Positions 1 to 9,741 of a stretch of DNA of 32,000 bases are shown here, piece after piece (position 1 is the stretch's first letter; every line of letters begins with the position of its first letter). Position numbers and translations under genes: made by a program. This stretch comes from Staphylothermus marinus F1 (GTDB lineage Archaea > Thermoproteota > Thermoprotei_A > Sulfolobales > Desulfurococcaceae). The notes beneath the pieces are model-generated. The model saw nothing but the letters and a program-made list of their open reading frames with translations, was not told the DNA's origin and ran no database searches. The DNA is taken from assembly GCF_000015945.1 (NCBI RefSeq), contig NC_009033.1:1200001-1232000 (forward strand), written 5' to 3'.

Positions 1-1082
1 TCACAGTAATCGAGCTCATATAGTATATATGATTTTTCTTTTTCATCCGTCCAAACATCCCAGTATATCACATTGAAATCATTGTTAATAAGAACCTTAG
101 CTCCTCGATCCCCTACTCTCTGAATCTCTCCCCAAATAATATCTGGAGGTAACTTCTCCTTTAATGGCAATTCAACAAGTAATAAACATCTATTATCCAA
201 GGATTCAACTACTATTTCTTGATTAAGAGTTTGTTCATCAAAGAAAAACACTAGATCAGGTTTTCTAAGATAACATCTTGAAGCCACCACGAATATAGCT
301 AAACTTCTCAGAGAAACAGATGCAGCAGCATTCCTATATGGATCAACCGGATCTGGGATGTATAGAACTGATTCGGGATATTTTTGCTTTAAAAGCCTTT
401 TTATTTTTTTGAATTCTTCCTCGTTATCCAGTGTGTTAATATATACTGGATGCTTCCAATTAGTTGCTTCTCTAAGTAGGTTTCTAAAACTACCATATTT
501 TATTATTAAAAGCTCAGCGACATATCCGGAAAATCCCTTAGTTTTTATTTCTGCTCCATAAATACCGAGATTCTTTAGGAATTTTTTAAGTATGCGAACC
601 TGATCCCTCATTTTATCGTCTAGTTTTGAGTTAACATATTGTGTATGAAATGGAGTGCGGTCAACTGCTGTTCTAATATCTTTATTGCTGACAACCTCGT
701 ATCCAGGAACAAGATCCGCTCTTATATCTCCTATATAAACTCTAACATATGGATGTTGAGAATATCGTATTTCATATTTTCCAATTCTTTTCGCTGCTTC
801 TAATAATATATTAAAACCTTTATCCCTTAGATCCTCTATACTCCAATCAGGTGGAAACAATACAAATACATCGAGATCATTGTCTCCCGACAGCCAAGTA
901 TCATGCGCAAAACTTCCTTGAAGAGTTACTTTTGCTTTTACATTATTTTCTTTTAAGACATTTTCAACATGTTTTTTAATAAAATTGAATGCTTTCCTTA
1001 ACTTACTATATTCTTCTTCTTTAGGCTTTATTCTAGCAAGAACGAGTTTTTCTATATAATCATATTTATCGTTTGAAACCAT
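1..1082 (-). CDS. cca: CCA-adding enzyme (archaeal class I tRNA nucleotidyltransferase); 3' end runs off the left window edge
   Basis: Absent from the ORF track because it has no stop in the window. I translated the minus strand from ATG (1082-1080): MVSNDKYDYIEKLVLARIKPKEEEYSKLRKAFNFIKKHVENVLKENNVKAKVTLQGSFAHDTWLSGDNDLDVFVLFP. This carries the GS...DxD nucleotidyltransferase signature of archaeal CCA enzymes. I checked every codon of this frame down to position 3 and found no stop (about 360 codons). Confidence 0.8.
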   Translation of the reverse strand, partial: MVSNDKYDYIEKLVLARIKPKEEEYSKLRKAFNFIKKHVENVLKENNVKAKVTLQGSFAHDTWLSGDNDLDVFVLFPPDWSIEDLRDKGFNILLEAAKRIGKYEIRYSQHPYVRVYIGDIRADLVPGYEVVSNKDIRTAVDRTPFHTQYVNSKLDDKMRDQVRILKKFLKNLGIYGAEIKTKGFSGYVAELLIIKYGSFRNLLREATNWKHPVYINTLDNEEEFKKIKRLLKQKYPESVLYIPDPVDPYRNAAASVSLRSLAIFVVASRCYLRKPDLVFFFDEQTLNQEIVVESLDNRCLLLVELPLKEKLPPDIIWGEIQRVGDRGAKVLINNDFNVIYWDVWTDEKEKSYILYELDYC

Positions 1083-1654
1083 TATTCCCTAGCCTTTGCT
1101 ACACATATGTCTCTGTAGATTGGCCCACTAGGGGTTAAAATACTTCTTTTTAATACTATTCTGTCAACCAAGACTTCGCCGAAATCAGTATCAGCTATAC
1201 TCTCTATGATCTTTACTAGCCTTGAAATATTTCTGCCGCTTTTCACTCTAGCTAATGTAATATGGGGTATGAATTTTTCTCTCTGTGGAGGAACTCCATG
1301 TTTTCTAAGGATTTTTTCCACAATATCATGTAGTTTAGAAAGATTCTCTACTCCTTGACTAACTCCAGCCCATATAACTCTTGGTCTTGCAATATTTGGG
1401 AAGACACCAACACCTTTTATTCTTATCTTAAACGGTTCAAACTCTATTTTTCCTAGATCATTACATATACTGTTTACTAAATGTAATGGTGTCTCACCAA
1501 TGAATCTCAATGTGATATGCATGTTTTCAGTAGCGACTGGTTTTAAATCAGCTTTGCTTTCCAGCAGTAAATCTCTGATTTTGCTGAGCTGGTCTAGTAC
1601 ATTAGGTTCTAATATATCGATTGCTACAAATACTCTAAGATTCTCCCCGGACAT
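1082..1654 (-). CDS. thpR: RNA 2',3'-cyclic phosphodiesterase / 2'-5' RNA ligase family (2H phosphoesterase)
   Basis: Two HxTx motifs (HITLRF and HITLAR) at the spacing expected for the LigT/ThpR family. Start moved from 1747 to ATG 1654, which has GGAGAGG about 8 nt upstream; the first 31 tracked codons look non-coding. Its TAA stop overlaps the cca ATG (TAATG, 1080-1084). Confidence 0.8.
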   Translation of the reverse strand: MSGENLRVFVAIDILEPNVLDQLSKIRDLLLESKADLKPVATENMHITLRFIGETPLHLVNSICNDLGKIEFEPFKIRIKGVGVFPNIARPRVIWAGVSQGVENLSKLHDIVEKILRKHGVPPQREKFIPHITLARVKSGRNISRLVKIIESIADTDFGEVLVDRIVLKRSILTPSGPIYRDICVAKARE

Positions 1655-1787
1655 TATTCGCATCCTCTCCCTACTAGCTCTATGATTAGAAAATAATAAA
1701 TTCAAAGCTAATAAACAGTATTGGTTAAAACAAGTTATTAACATCAATTATGTGAAAACAACTAGCTTAGACGCCTAGGTGTTCATA

Positions 1788-2357
1788 ATGAAACTATTTA
1801 TAGTATTAGTAGCAGGCATGCCTGGTGCCGGCAAAAGCATAGTTTCTAAGGCAGCTCGAGACCTAGGTCTCCCAGTATATAATATGGGGGATGTTATTAG
1901 GATGGAAACATCAAGGCTTTACGGGATAATAACTCCTGAAACTATGCGCGAAACATCTAGAAGAGTCAGAAAATTATATGGTGAAGACTATGTTGCTAGA
2001 AAAACTATTGAGCAAATAAAGGAAAAAAGAGGAGTAATCGTTGTGGATGGAGTTAGGAGCTTAGTAGAAGTGGAAGTTTTCAAAAAGTATGCTGAAACAG
2101 TTATATTAGCTGTTCATGCATCCCCCAAAACCAGGTTTGAGCGAATAAGAAAAAGAAATAGACCTGGAGATCCAGATAATTGGGAAGATTTTGTAAAACG
2201 TGATCTAACCGAGCTCCAGTTCGGTTTAGGAAATGTTATAGCATTAGCTGACTACATGATCGTTAATGAGGGAAGTATTGAAGAAGCTTATAGGGGGGCA
2301 TATAATATACTAAAGAAATTGGTCGAGAAAAATGCTAAAGATAACAGTGACAGCTAG
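1788..2357 (+). CDS. P-loop nucleotide/nucleoside kinase-like protein (archaeal UPF0200-type, adenylate/dephospho-CoA kinase-like fold)
   Basis: N-terminal Walker A GMPGAGKS. Size of about 190 aa and overall pattern fit small archaeal kinase-like proteins. ATG 1788 is preceded by AGGTG; the tracked start at 1779 is a GTG inside that box. Confidence 0.65.
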   Translation: MKLFIVLVAGMPGAGKSIVSKAARDLGLPVYNMGDVIRMETSRLYGIITPETMRETSRRVRKLYGEDYVARKTIEQIKEKRGVIVVDGVRSLVEVEVFKKYAETVILAVHASPKTRFERIRKRNRPGDPDNWEDFVKRDLTELQFGLGNVIALADYMIVNEGSIEEAYRGAYNILKKLVEKNAKDNSDS

Positions 2358-2769
2358 GATCAACCCCACAGAAGATGATAGGAAAGTTATTAAAGCAATT
2401 GAAAATGTCTTCAATGGAGAAATCACTCTAATCAATGAAGACGACGAATATAAGAGAGTAGAAGGATTCTCAACTAGGTTAGAATCGCTAGGTAAACTAT
2501 ATAATTTGATAAGAATCGAACAGATTGTCCCAGCCGTAAGATCTCTATTATATAAAAGACTCCGAGGAAACATTATAACGTTCATGCTTCATAAACAAGC
2601 AGCATATGTAGGCAAGATATCATTTGTAGACGGCGATAACGAGTCACCACTTGGAGCGATAAGATTTAGCATAGAATCAAATGATCCAAAGAGAATTATT
2701 GATTGGTTAGCTCCAGGCAAACATACACCAAGTGATAGAAGAAACAGACCTCTACCCGATGAGTTATAA
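2332..2769 (+). CDS. Conserved archaeal protein, UPF0201/COG1931-like (predicted RNA-binding)
   Basis: 145-aa ORF overlapping the upstream kinase-like gene by 26 nt. The family assignment is from my recollection that this family usually follows the UPF0200 gene. No catalytic motif is visible. Confidence 0.5.
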   Translation: MLKITVTARINPTEDDRKVIKAIENVFNGEITLINEDDEYKRVEGFSTRLESLGKLYNLIRIEQIVPAVRSLLYKRLRGNIITFMLHKQAAYVGKISFVDGDNESPLGAIRFSIESNDPKRIIDWLAPGKHTPSDRRNRPLPDEL

Positions 2770-3519
2770 ATATATAACCATATAGTCTTCAGCAACAACC
2801 ACGTTTCTAAAATATCTATATGCATCCACAAATAATGGTTCAACATCCTTGTATCTAGAACTAATATGAGTTAATACAAGCTCCTTCACACCCGCTTTGT
2901 ACGCAGTAATAGCTGCATCAGCCGCTGTTGAATGACCCTGCTCCCATGCTTCCTTCCTTAAATCACTTGTAAAAGTAGCTTCATGAATCAATATATCAGC
3001 ATTCTTTGCAATAGATTCTAGTTCCTCAAAAGGTTTTGTATCGCCGGTATATACAATTCTCTTACCATTCTTAAGCATTAATATATACCCGTATGCTTCA
3101 ATTCCGTGAACAACTTTGAAGGCCTCAACACTGATTTTACTATCCCTATATAATTCTCCCTCTCTTGCTTCAACAAAATAAAGTGGATACTCAATTTTAG
3201 CCAAGCCTAGTTCTATGAATTCTTTTAAGAGATCCTTTAGTTTAGCAGGAGCGATCAAATATAGTTCGTTTTTTCTATTAGATAAATGCATTGATTGAAA
3301 CATCCCGAATAATCCGAGATAATGGTCTCCATGGAGATGAGTAATCATTACAGCATTGATTTTTACTAATCCAAGCCCAGCTTTAAACAATCTTTGTTGG
3401 CAACCTTCTCCAACATCTAGTAAATATATATTGGAATCTATTCTTAAAGCAATACATGGTAGCCCCCTAGATATAGGCATGGCCGCTCCTGTGCCTAACA
3501 TGTAAATTTTAGTATTCAT
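2764..3519 (-). CDS. rnz: Ribonuclease Z / metallo-beta-lactamase fold tRNA 3' endonuclease (short form)
   Basis: HLHGDH (HxHxDH) motif, N-terminal MLGTGAAMP, and later HEATF and LTHISSRY segments typical of RNase Z. Confidence 0.7.
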   Translation of the reverse strand: MNTKIYMLGTGAAMPISRGLPCIALRIDSNIYLLDVGEGCQQRLFKAGLGLVKINAVMITHLHGDHYLGLFGMFQSMHLSNRKNELYLIAPAKLKDLLKEFIELGLAKIEYPLYFVEAREGELYRDSKISVEAFKVVHGIEAYGYILMLKNGKRIVYTGDTKPFEELESIAKNADILIHEATFTSDLRKEAWEQGHSTAADAAITAYKAGVKELVLTHISSRYKDVEPLFVDAYRYFRNVVVAEDYMVIYL

Positions 3520-4529
3520 ATTAATAACGCCTCATAAATTACCCGGGTAAGACCTCCATGTACGAACATATAGTGTTTTCCTCTTATAATGAAACCGTTA
3601 GAACATAGTATCTCATCAATATATTTAGATAAATTATATGGAGCCATAAACACTAGGTACCTTTTATTTTTCAATGATTCAGCAGAGTTTTCTATGAATT
3701 TTAAATATATATATTCAGCTCCTAATCCATGCGTACTCGCAGCTCTACCATATGGCGGATCAGTTGCTATTCCATCAATACCAGATAATTTAATAGTAGT
3801 GCTATCTCCTAATATTAGTACCCAATTGTTAAACCCATAATGTAATAAGTTCTCTCTAGCACCCCGTACAAGCTCCCAATCAATCTCGATACCGATTGGT
3901 CTAATTTTCATCATTAAAGCCTCAATTAATATACTCCCAGTTCCGGCAAAAGGATCAAGTAATACCTCGCCTTCCTTAACTCTTGCAAGGTTTATTAATA
4001 AACGAGATAACCTTATCGGTAAAGCTATGCTTCTGAAAAACGGTCTTGTAGAAGGTCTTCTACGATAAAAATTCCTTGTTTCAAGGAAGAAGAGAGGATA
4101 TCCGATAAAAGCTCTCCCGCTTGAAAAAACTAAGTGTACATACTTGCTTCTGGTATGGTAGTTGTTTAGATTGGTTTTAGAAATTAATAAGATTCTATAC
4201 TTATCAGCTATTTCTTTCTCAATTGTTGATTTAATAATACTCACTTTTACATATTTAGCATCTAGCTCGGAAACTCTATCTAGATAGTTTAGTTCTGGAT
4301 TATATGGATTATCTATTCCCAACAATTTACCAGCTTCTTTAATATATCCAGCTCTACGAATAATTTTTTCTGCAATGACTTCATCAACGTTTTTTACGAG
4401 ACAGATCATTGGATAGCATTCCATTATTTCTGCGGAAGGATTTATTATTTCCAATAATGCTTTAAGCTCTGCTAAAGATAATTCTTCGTGATCTCCTGAA
4501 AGAATGAAATAATATATTTTTTCTTCCAA
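3516..4529 (-). CDS. trm11: THUMP-domain tRNA (guanine-N2)-methyltransferase, archaeal Trm11/Trm-G10 type
   Basis: SAM-binding motif I LDPFAGTGSILIEA and motif IV DPPYG lie behind an N-terminal region of about 150 aa with THUMP-like size. There is an ATGA-type 4-nt overlap with rnz. Confidence 0.7.
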   Translation of the reverse strand: MEEKIYYFILSGDHEELSLAELKALLEIINPSAEIMECYPMICLVKNVDEVIAEKIIRRAGYIKEAGKLLGIDNPYNPELNYLDRVSELDAKYVKVSIIKSTIEKEIADKYRILLISKTNLNNYHTRSKYVHLVFSSGRAFIGYPLFFLETRNFYRRRPSTRPFFRSIALPIRLSRLLINLARVKEGEVLLDPFAGTGSILIEALMMKIRPIGIEIDWELVRGARENLLHYGFNNWVLILGDSTTIKLSGIDGIATDPPYGRAASTHGLGAEYIYLKFIENSAESLKNKRYLVFMAPYNLSKYIDEILCSNGFIIRGKHYMFVHGGLTRVIYEALLI

Positions 4530-4560
4530 AAACTTTCTTGCCTCTATCCAGCTATACTAT

Positions 4561-5475
4561 TCATATAATATTGTTATTTCTCATTTCTGTAACTACTTTC
4601 TCACTCACATCTACTGTTTCTATCAATGGTTCTTTATGAGTTATTCCAAGAGTATTCGCTACATATATTTTTTCGACACCTGCTGATCGAATCTTTTCAA
4701 ATGCGTTTCCAATAAATAATCCATGAGTAGCTGCCACTACAATTTTACGGGCTCCATGAGAACGAAGAATTCTTGTTGCATTAGCTATTGTTCCCCCAGT
4801 ACTTATAATATCATCAATGATTACAATATCCCTTCCATCAATTCTAAGTTCTTTAGGCATCATCGAGATCTCTCCTGTTATTCTGTCCCTCTTCTTTATT
4901 AAGTAATCATATTCTAAGCCATGTCTTTCAGCAGCATACCTAGCTCTATGCAGTGCGCCTTTATCAGGAGCGATAACTATTGGATCATTAAGGATACTCA
5001 AAGCTTTCTCGACAAGTTCATCTGATACTAGTATATTCAATGTTTTACCGTTAAAATCTTCAAGTGTCTTAACACTATGAATATCTACCACAACTAATGC
5101 ATTAGCACCAATAGTCCTTATCATTTTAACAACAATACTTGCTGTTACTGGTTCGCCTTCCAAAAATACTTTGTCTTGTCTAGCATATGCTAAATAAGGA
5201 ATTATGACAACAATGTCCTTCGCCCCCGATCTTCGGGCAGCATCTATTAGCATTAATGTTTCTAGTAAGGAATCATTTTGTCTAGGATACATTGTATTAA
5301 TTATGACGACTTTATTGCCACTTATTAATTCGGGTTTTTTAATTCTAACATAGTATTCGCCATCTGGGAAAATTTTGGTTTGAATATCCACTAATTCGTA
5401 TCCTAGCAGGGAAGCGTATTTTTCAGCAAATGTTTCATAGTTTTTACCTGCAATAACTACGCCCACGAATCCCAC
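4561..5475 (-). CDS. prs: Ribose-phosphate pyrophosphokinase
   Basis: PRPP-binding loop DIVIIDDIISTGGT, plus FPDGE and ARQD segments. GTG start. Confidence 0.9.
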   Translation of the reverse strand: MGFVGVVIAGKNYETFAEKYASLLGYELVDIQTKIFPDGEYYVRIKKPELISGNKVVIINTMYPRQNDSLLETLMLIDAARRSGAKDIVVIIPYLAYARQDKVFLEGEPVTASIVVKMIRTIGANALVVVDIHSVKTLEDFNGKTLNILVSDELVEKALSILNDPIVIAPDKGALHRARYAAERHGLEYDYLIKKRDRITGEISMMPKELRIDGRDIVIIDDIISTGGTIANATRILRSHGARKIVVAATHGLFIGNAFEKIRSAGVEKIYVANTLGITHKEPLIETVDVSEKVVTEMRNNNII

Positions 5476-5618
5476 CTAATTATTTCTCCACATAAATAAC
5501 TATTTATTATATATAGATAAAAGTATACATTAGCACGTAGAAAGTACGTATAGATTAACTTTTAATGAAAGAATCTATACTAGGCTATTTACATTTATAT
5601 TATAATGGTGGATGAGTC

Positions 5619-6710
5619 GTGGTTAGTAGAAGGCATCAGTTTGATCCTTGGAGACCCGGTGTTAGGGAGGCAATGTTTTGGAGACCACTGGGAGATGGAA
5701 GAGTAGTCTGTAATCTATGCCATAAGAGATGCATTATTGTGCCGGGAGCTTTTGGTGCTTGTGGTGTTAGATACAATCATAATGGAAAACTTTATACATT
5801 GGTATACGGCTTATTAACAGCTGCAAATCCAGATCCCATTGAGAAGAAGCCATTAATGCATTTTAACCCTGGTGCATGCGTATTCTCAATATCAACGGCG
5901 GGATGTAATTTCTATTGTAGGTTTTGCCAGAACTGGGTTCTGAGCCAGTCGAGAATGGATAAAATATTTGGAGAACCATATGATCCAGAAGAAGTAGTAA
6001 AGTTAGCGATCGAGAATGGTTGCCAAGGCATAAGTTACACGTATAATGAACCAACAGTATTCTATGAGTTCATGTATGACACTGCTAAGCTAGCTAAGAA
6101 AGAAGGATTATTCAATACCATGGTTACGAATGGATACATGACGCCAGAAGCGATTAAGAAGTTAGGCCCATATATGGATGCTGCTACAGTTGATTTCAAG
6201 GGTGGGGGGAACAAGGAGTTTTATAGGAAATTCATGGGAGTACTAGATCCAGAGCCTATATTCGACTCTATACTTGCAATGAAGAAGGAGGGATGGTGGA
6301 TTGAAATAACAAATCTCGTCGTCCCCCAATACGGTGATAAAGAAGAGGATATACGCAAACTTGCGAGATGGATTGTTGAGAATTTAGGAGATGAAACACC
6401 TTTTCACCTACTACGATTCCACCCAGACTATAAACTTCAAAATCTCCCACCAACACCTGTAGAAATCCTTGAGAAACTAGCTAAGATAGCTATGGAGGAG
6501 GGCCTTAAACATGTTTATATTGGTAACGTGTGGAATCACCCATTGGAGAACACATATTGTCCTAGATGCGGCGAACTAGTAGTTAAGCGGTTAGGCTTCT
6601 ACATAGTTGATTGGAGGCTTAGCAAGGATTTCAAATGTCAACGTTGCGGATACAAATTAAACTTCAAAGGAAAATTCTGGGGTAGTAGGTCCCGGTTATT
6701 CCTTATATAG
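5619..6710 (+). CDS. Radical SAM enzyme, AmmeMemoRadiSam-system type (PflA-like activase fold)
   Basis: CNFYCRFCQNW (CxxxCxxC) cluster. N-terminal CNLCHKRC...C motif and C-terminal CPRCG...CQRCG ribbon. GTG start 7 nt after GGTGGA. Confidence 0.7.
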   Translation: MVSRRHQFDPWRPGVREAMFWRPLGDGRVVCNLCHKRCIIVPGAFGACGVRYNHNGKLYTLVYGLLTAANPDPIEKKPLMHFNPGACVFSISTAGCNFYCRFCQNWVLSQSRMDKIFGEPYDPEEVVKLAIENGCQGISYTYNEPTVFYEFMYDTAKLAKKEGLFNTMVTNGYMTPEAIKKLGPYMDAATVDFKGGGNKEFYRKFMGVLDPEPIFDSILAMKKEGWWIEITNLVVPQYGDKEEDIRKLARWIVENLGDETPFHLLRFHPDYKLQNLPPTPVEILEKLAKIAMEEGLKHVYIGNVWNHPLENTYCPRCGELVVKRLGFYIVDWRLSKDFKCQRCGYKLNFKGKFWGSRSRLFLI

Positions 6711-6715
6711 TGTAG

Positions 6716-7513
6716 GTGGTTGAAGAATTGCCATACTATATTGTTGTACTTGGAACAGCCGGTAGCGGCAAAACTACTTTGGCCTCAGCTCTCCAAGACT
6801 ATCTCATTAATAACGGTATGGATACAGCTATAGTTAATCTCGATCCTGCTGTTGAAGTTCTACCTTACAAACCCGATGTTGACGCTAGAGAATATGTTAG
6901 CGCAAGAGAACTAATGAGAACACAGGGTCTAGGCCCGAATGGTGCATTAATAGCTGCTGTAGACATGTTAGCTCTTAGAATAGAAGAGTTAAAAGAGGAG
7001 GTATGGTCTCTTAAATCAAACTATATAATACTTGATACACCTGGTCAAATGGAGGTTTTTGCTTTCCGAGAAACAGGCCCAATAATAATTGATACTTTAA
7101 TCGGTGAACATAAAGCTGCATCGTTGTTCCTCATAGATGTAGTATATGCTTCTAGGCCAAGTAACTATTTCTCAGCACTACTCTTATCCGCTAGTACCCA
7201 AGTTAGAATAGGTTTGCCACAAATCAATGTATTGACCAAAATAGATATGGTTCCAGAAAATATTATTTACGAGATCCTTTCATATCATGATGACCCAACT
7301 ATCCTGGCAACAAAAGTAGCAAATGATAAAAAAGCCTCAATAATGTGGAGCGAGTCAGAAATTTTAGAGATATTAGAAAAACTTGTTTCCTCAGAAATTA
7401 TACCCGTATCCTCTACTAAGCTTCTAGGATATAACAACCTTTATGCAGCCATACAAAGAGTTGTTGCCGGCGGAGAAGATTTCTATACTGAAGAGCCTTC
7501 AGAGAAACTATGA
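6716..7513 (+). CDS. GPN-loop GTPase
   Basis: Walker A GTAGSGKT, GPN motif (GLGPNGA), DTPGQMEVF and TKIDM (NKxD-like). Start is GTG 6716, or TTG 6728 which lies 8 nt after AGGTGG. Confidence 0.8.
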   Translation: MVEELPYYIVVLGTAGSGKTTLASALQDYLINNGMDTAIVNLDPAVEVLPYKPDVDAREYVSARELMRTQGLGPNGALIAAVDMLALRIEELKEEVWSLKSNYIILDTPGQMEVFAFRETGPIIIDTLIGEHKAASLFLIDVVYASRPSNYFSALLLSASTQVRIGLPQINVLTKIDMVPENIIYEILSYHDDPTILATKVANDKKASIMWSESEILEILEKLVSSEIIPVSSTKLLGYNNLYAAIQRVVAGGEDFYTEEPSEKL

Positions 7514-7585
7514 CCAAATCCCTTATTTATTTATAAATAAATTATGCGTTTATAGAGAAAAACATTCTCGCAGGGTGCATGCTTA

Positions 7586-8971
7586 TTGCTCGATAAATTC
7601 TTCAACCCTAAAAGCGTAGCTATAGTAGGCGCAACAATTAAGGAAGGCAAAGTTGGACGCGTAATAGTTGAAAACTTCAAGAAAAGATTTAAAGGCAAAA
7701 TATACCCAGTAAATCCTAAATACGAAGAAGTTCTCGGATTAAAATGCTATCCTTCAGTGAAAGACATACCTGAACCTATTGATCTAGTTATAATAGTTGT
7801 TCCAGCCCCAGTAGTTCCACAGGTTCTTAGAGATGCCGGCGAGAAAGGTGTTAAAGCAGCAATTATCATAAGTGGTGGTTTCCGAGAAACAGGAACTGAA
7901 GAGGGTAAACGGTTAGAGGAGGAAGTTAAGAAAATCTCTATGGAATACGGTATTAGAATAATAGGGCCAAACTGTCTAGGAATATATGATAATTGGAGCG
8001 GCGTAGACACTTTCTTCTTGCCGGACGAGAAAATGATGAGGCCTAAGAAAGGATATATAAGCTTTATCAGTCAAAGCGGTGCATTCGCATCAGCACTACT
8101 TGATTGGATGGCTTATAGAAACATAGGCGTTTCTCGAGCAATAAGTTATGGAAACAAGATCGATGTAGATGATATAGATCTAATAGAGTATCTCGGAGAA
8201 GATGAAAAAACAAAGCTCATAATAATGTATCTAGAAGGATTAAAACCCGGGCGTGGAAGACTCTTCATTGATAAAGCGAGAAAAGTAGTAGAGAAGAAGC
8301 CGATAGTAATATATAAGGCTGGAAAAACAGCTAGAGGAAGTATGGCAGCTGCAAGCCATACTGCAGCATTAGCAGGAAATTACCAACTATATAAAGCAGC
8401 TATAAAACAGGCAGGCCTAATAGAGGCTTCAAGCTTTGATGAAATAATGGATTTATCAAAAACACTGTTAACTCAGCCTTTAATGAAGGGGAAAAGAGTA
8501 TATATTGTAACAGATGCTGGCGGCGTAGGCGTAATGTTAACAGATGCATTGGCAAGCGAAGGCTTCGAGTTGCCGAGAACACCAGAAGATCTAAGAGGCG
8601 AGCTGAAAAAAATTCTACCACCTCACTGTATTGTCGAGAACCCAATAGATTTAACTGGTGATGCCGACGATGAACGCTATATTACCGTTCTCGAAAAACT
8701 TCTGCCTAGAAACGATGTTGACGCGGTTATAGTAGTTGCTCTTCCCCAAATTCCTGGGATAAGAGGAAAACTATTCGAATACCTCGTTGAGGCAAAGAGA
8801 AAATACAACAAACCAATGCTAATCATAATTATTGGGAGCAAAGAAGCAGAGAAGTTTAAAGCTTATCTTGAAGATAAGGGAATACCAGTATTTGAATCCC
8901 CTGAAAGAGCTGCAAGGGCATTGAAAGCCTTATACACGTACTCCATAATTAGAGGTGTTGCTCAAAAATAA
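7586..8971 (+). CDS. acdA: Acetate--CoA ligase (ADP-forming), alpha subunit
   Basis: CoA-binding N-terminus SVAIVGAT...GKVG, plus ISQSGA and the SHTAALAG phosphohistidine segment. TTG start 8 nt after GGGTG. Confidence 0.85.
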   Translation: MLDKFFNPKSVAIVGATIKEGKVGRVIVENFKKRFKGKIYPVNPKYEEVLGLKCYPSVKDIPEPIDLVIIVVPAPVVPQVLRDAGEKGVKAAIIISGGFRETGTEEGKRLEEEVKKISMEYGIRIIGPNCLGIYDNWSGVDTFFLPDEKMMRPKKGYISFISQSGAFASALLDWMAYRNIGVSRAISYGNKIDVDDIDLIEYLGEDEKTKLIIMYLEGLKPGRGRLFIDKARKVVEKKPIVIYKAGKTARGSMAAASHTAALAGNYQLYKAAIKQAGLIEASSFDEIMDLSKTLLTQPLMKGKRVYIVTDAGGVGVMLTDALASEGFELPRTPEDLRGELKKILPPHCIVENPIDLTGDADDERYITVLEKLLPRNDVDAVIVVALPQIPGIRGKLFEYLVEAKRKYNKPMLIIIIGSKEAEKFKAYLEDKGIPVFESPERAARALKALYTYSIIRGVAQK

Positions 8972-8979
8972 AAAATGGG

Positions 8980-9684
8980 TTGATAAGAATGAATCCTAGA
9001 GAAATAATACAAAAAGCATATGAGGAAAAAAGAAGAAAACTATTAGAACACGAAGCATTCGAAATAATAAAAGCATATAATATTCCTGCACCCGAAACAG
9101 CAATCGCAAGATCTCTAGAAGAAGCAATTAAAATAGCTGAAAAAATAGGATATCCTCTTGTATTAAAAATAGTCTCACCAGATATTAGCCATAAAAGCGA
9201 TGTTGGAGGAGTAATTCTCAATATTAAATCCAAAGAAGAACTTATCAAAGCATTCAATAAGATATACGAAAACGTATCTAAAAATGCTCCAGGAGCTAGA
9301 ATCGTTGGAGTACTGATCCAGAAAATGGCTCCAAAAGGATTAGAAGTAATTATTGGTGGGTTACGAGACAACATATTCGGGCCCGTAGTAATGTTTGGTC
9401 TCGGAGGAATATTTGTTGAAGTATTAAAAGATGTATCATTTAGAATAGCACCATTAACCGAAGAAGATGCTTTTGAGATGATGAGTGAAATAAAGGCATC
9501 AAAACTATTGGAAGGCTATCGTGGACAGCCACCCGTGGATAAAAAATCATTAGCTAAAATAATATTATCTGTATCAAAACTATTAGAAGAAAACCCAGAG
9601 ATTGAATCTATAGATTTAAACCCTGTAATGGCATATCCGGATAACGCAGTCGTCGTTGATGCTAGAATAATACTTAAAACTTAG
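8980..9684 (+). CDS. acdB: Acetate--CoA ligase (ADP-forming), beta (ATP-grasp) subunit
   Basis: GYPLVLKIVSPDISHKSDVGGV ATP-grasp segment, immediately downstream of the alpha subunit. Start is TTG 8980 or ATG 8989. Confidence 0.85.
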   Translation: MIRMNPREIIQKAYEEKRRKLLEHEAFEIIKAYNIPAPETAIARSLEEAIKIAEKIGYPLVLKIVSPDISHKSDVGGVILNIKSKEELIKAFNKIYENVSKNAPGARIVGVLIQKMAPKGLEVIIGGLRDNIFGPVVMFGLGGIFVEVLKDVSFRIAPLTEEDAFEMMSEIKASKLLEGYRGQPPVDKKSLAKIILSVSKLLEENPEIESIDLNPVMAYPDNAVVVDARIILKT

Positions 9685-9741
9685 AATTATCTAGGAATAG
9701 AATAATACAAATTCAACCTTAAGCTGTAGAAGGGTAATAAT

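Noticed and set aside
358-561. 67-aa plus-strand ORF.
   Set aside because: It lies wholly inside the open minus-strand cca frame, which has clear family motifs.
5535-5549. Inverted repeat ACGTA-N5-TACGT in the prs/radical-SAM divergent promoter region.
   Set aside because: The arms are short (5 bp) and it occurs only once, so a regulatory role cannot be supported from sequence alone.
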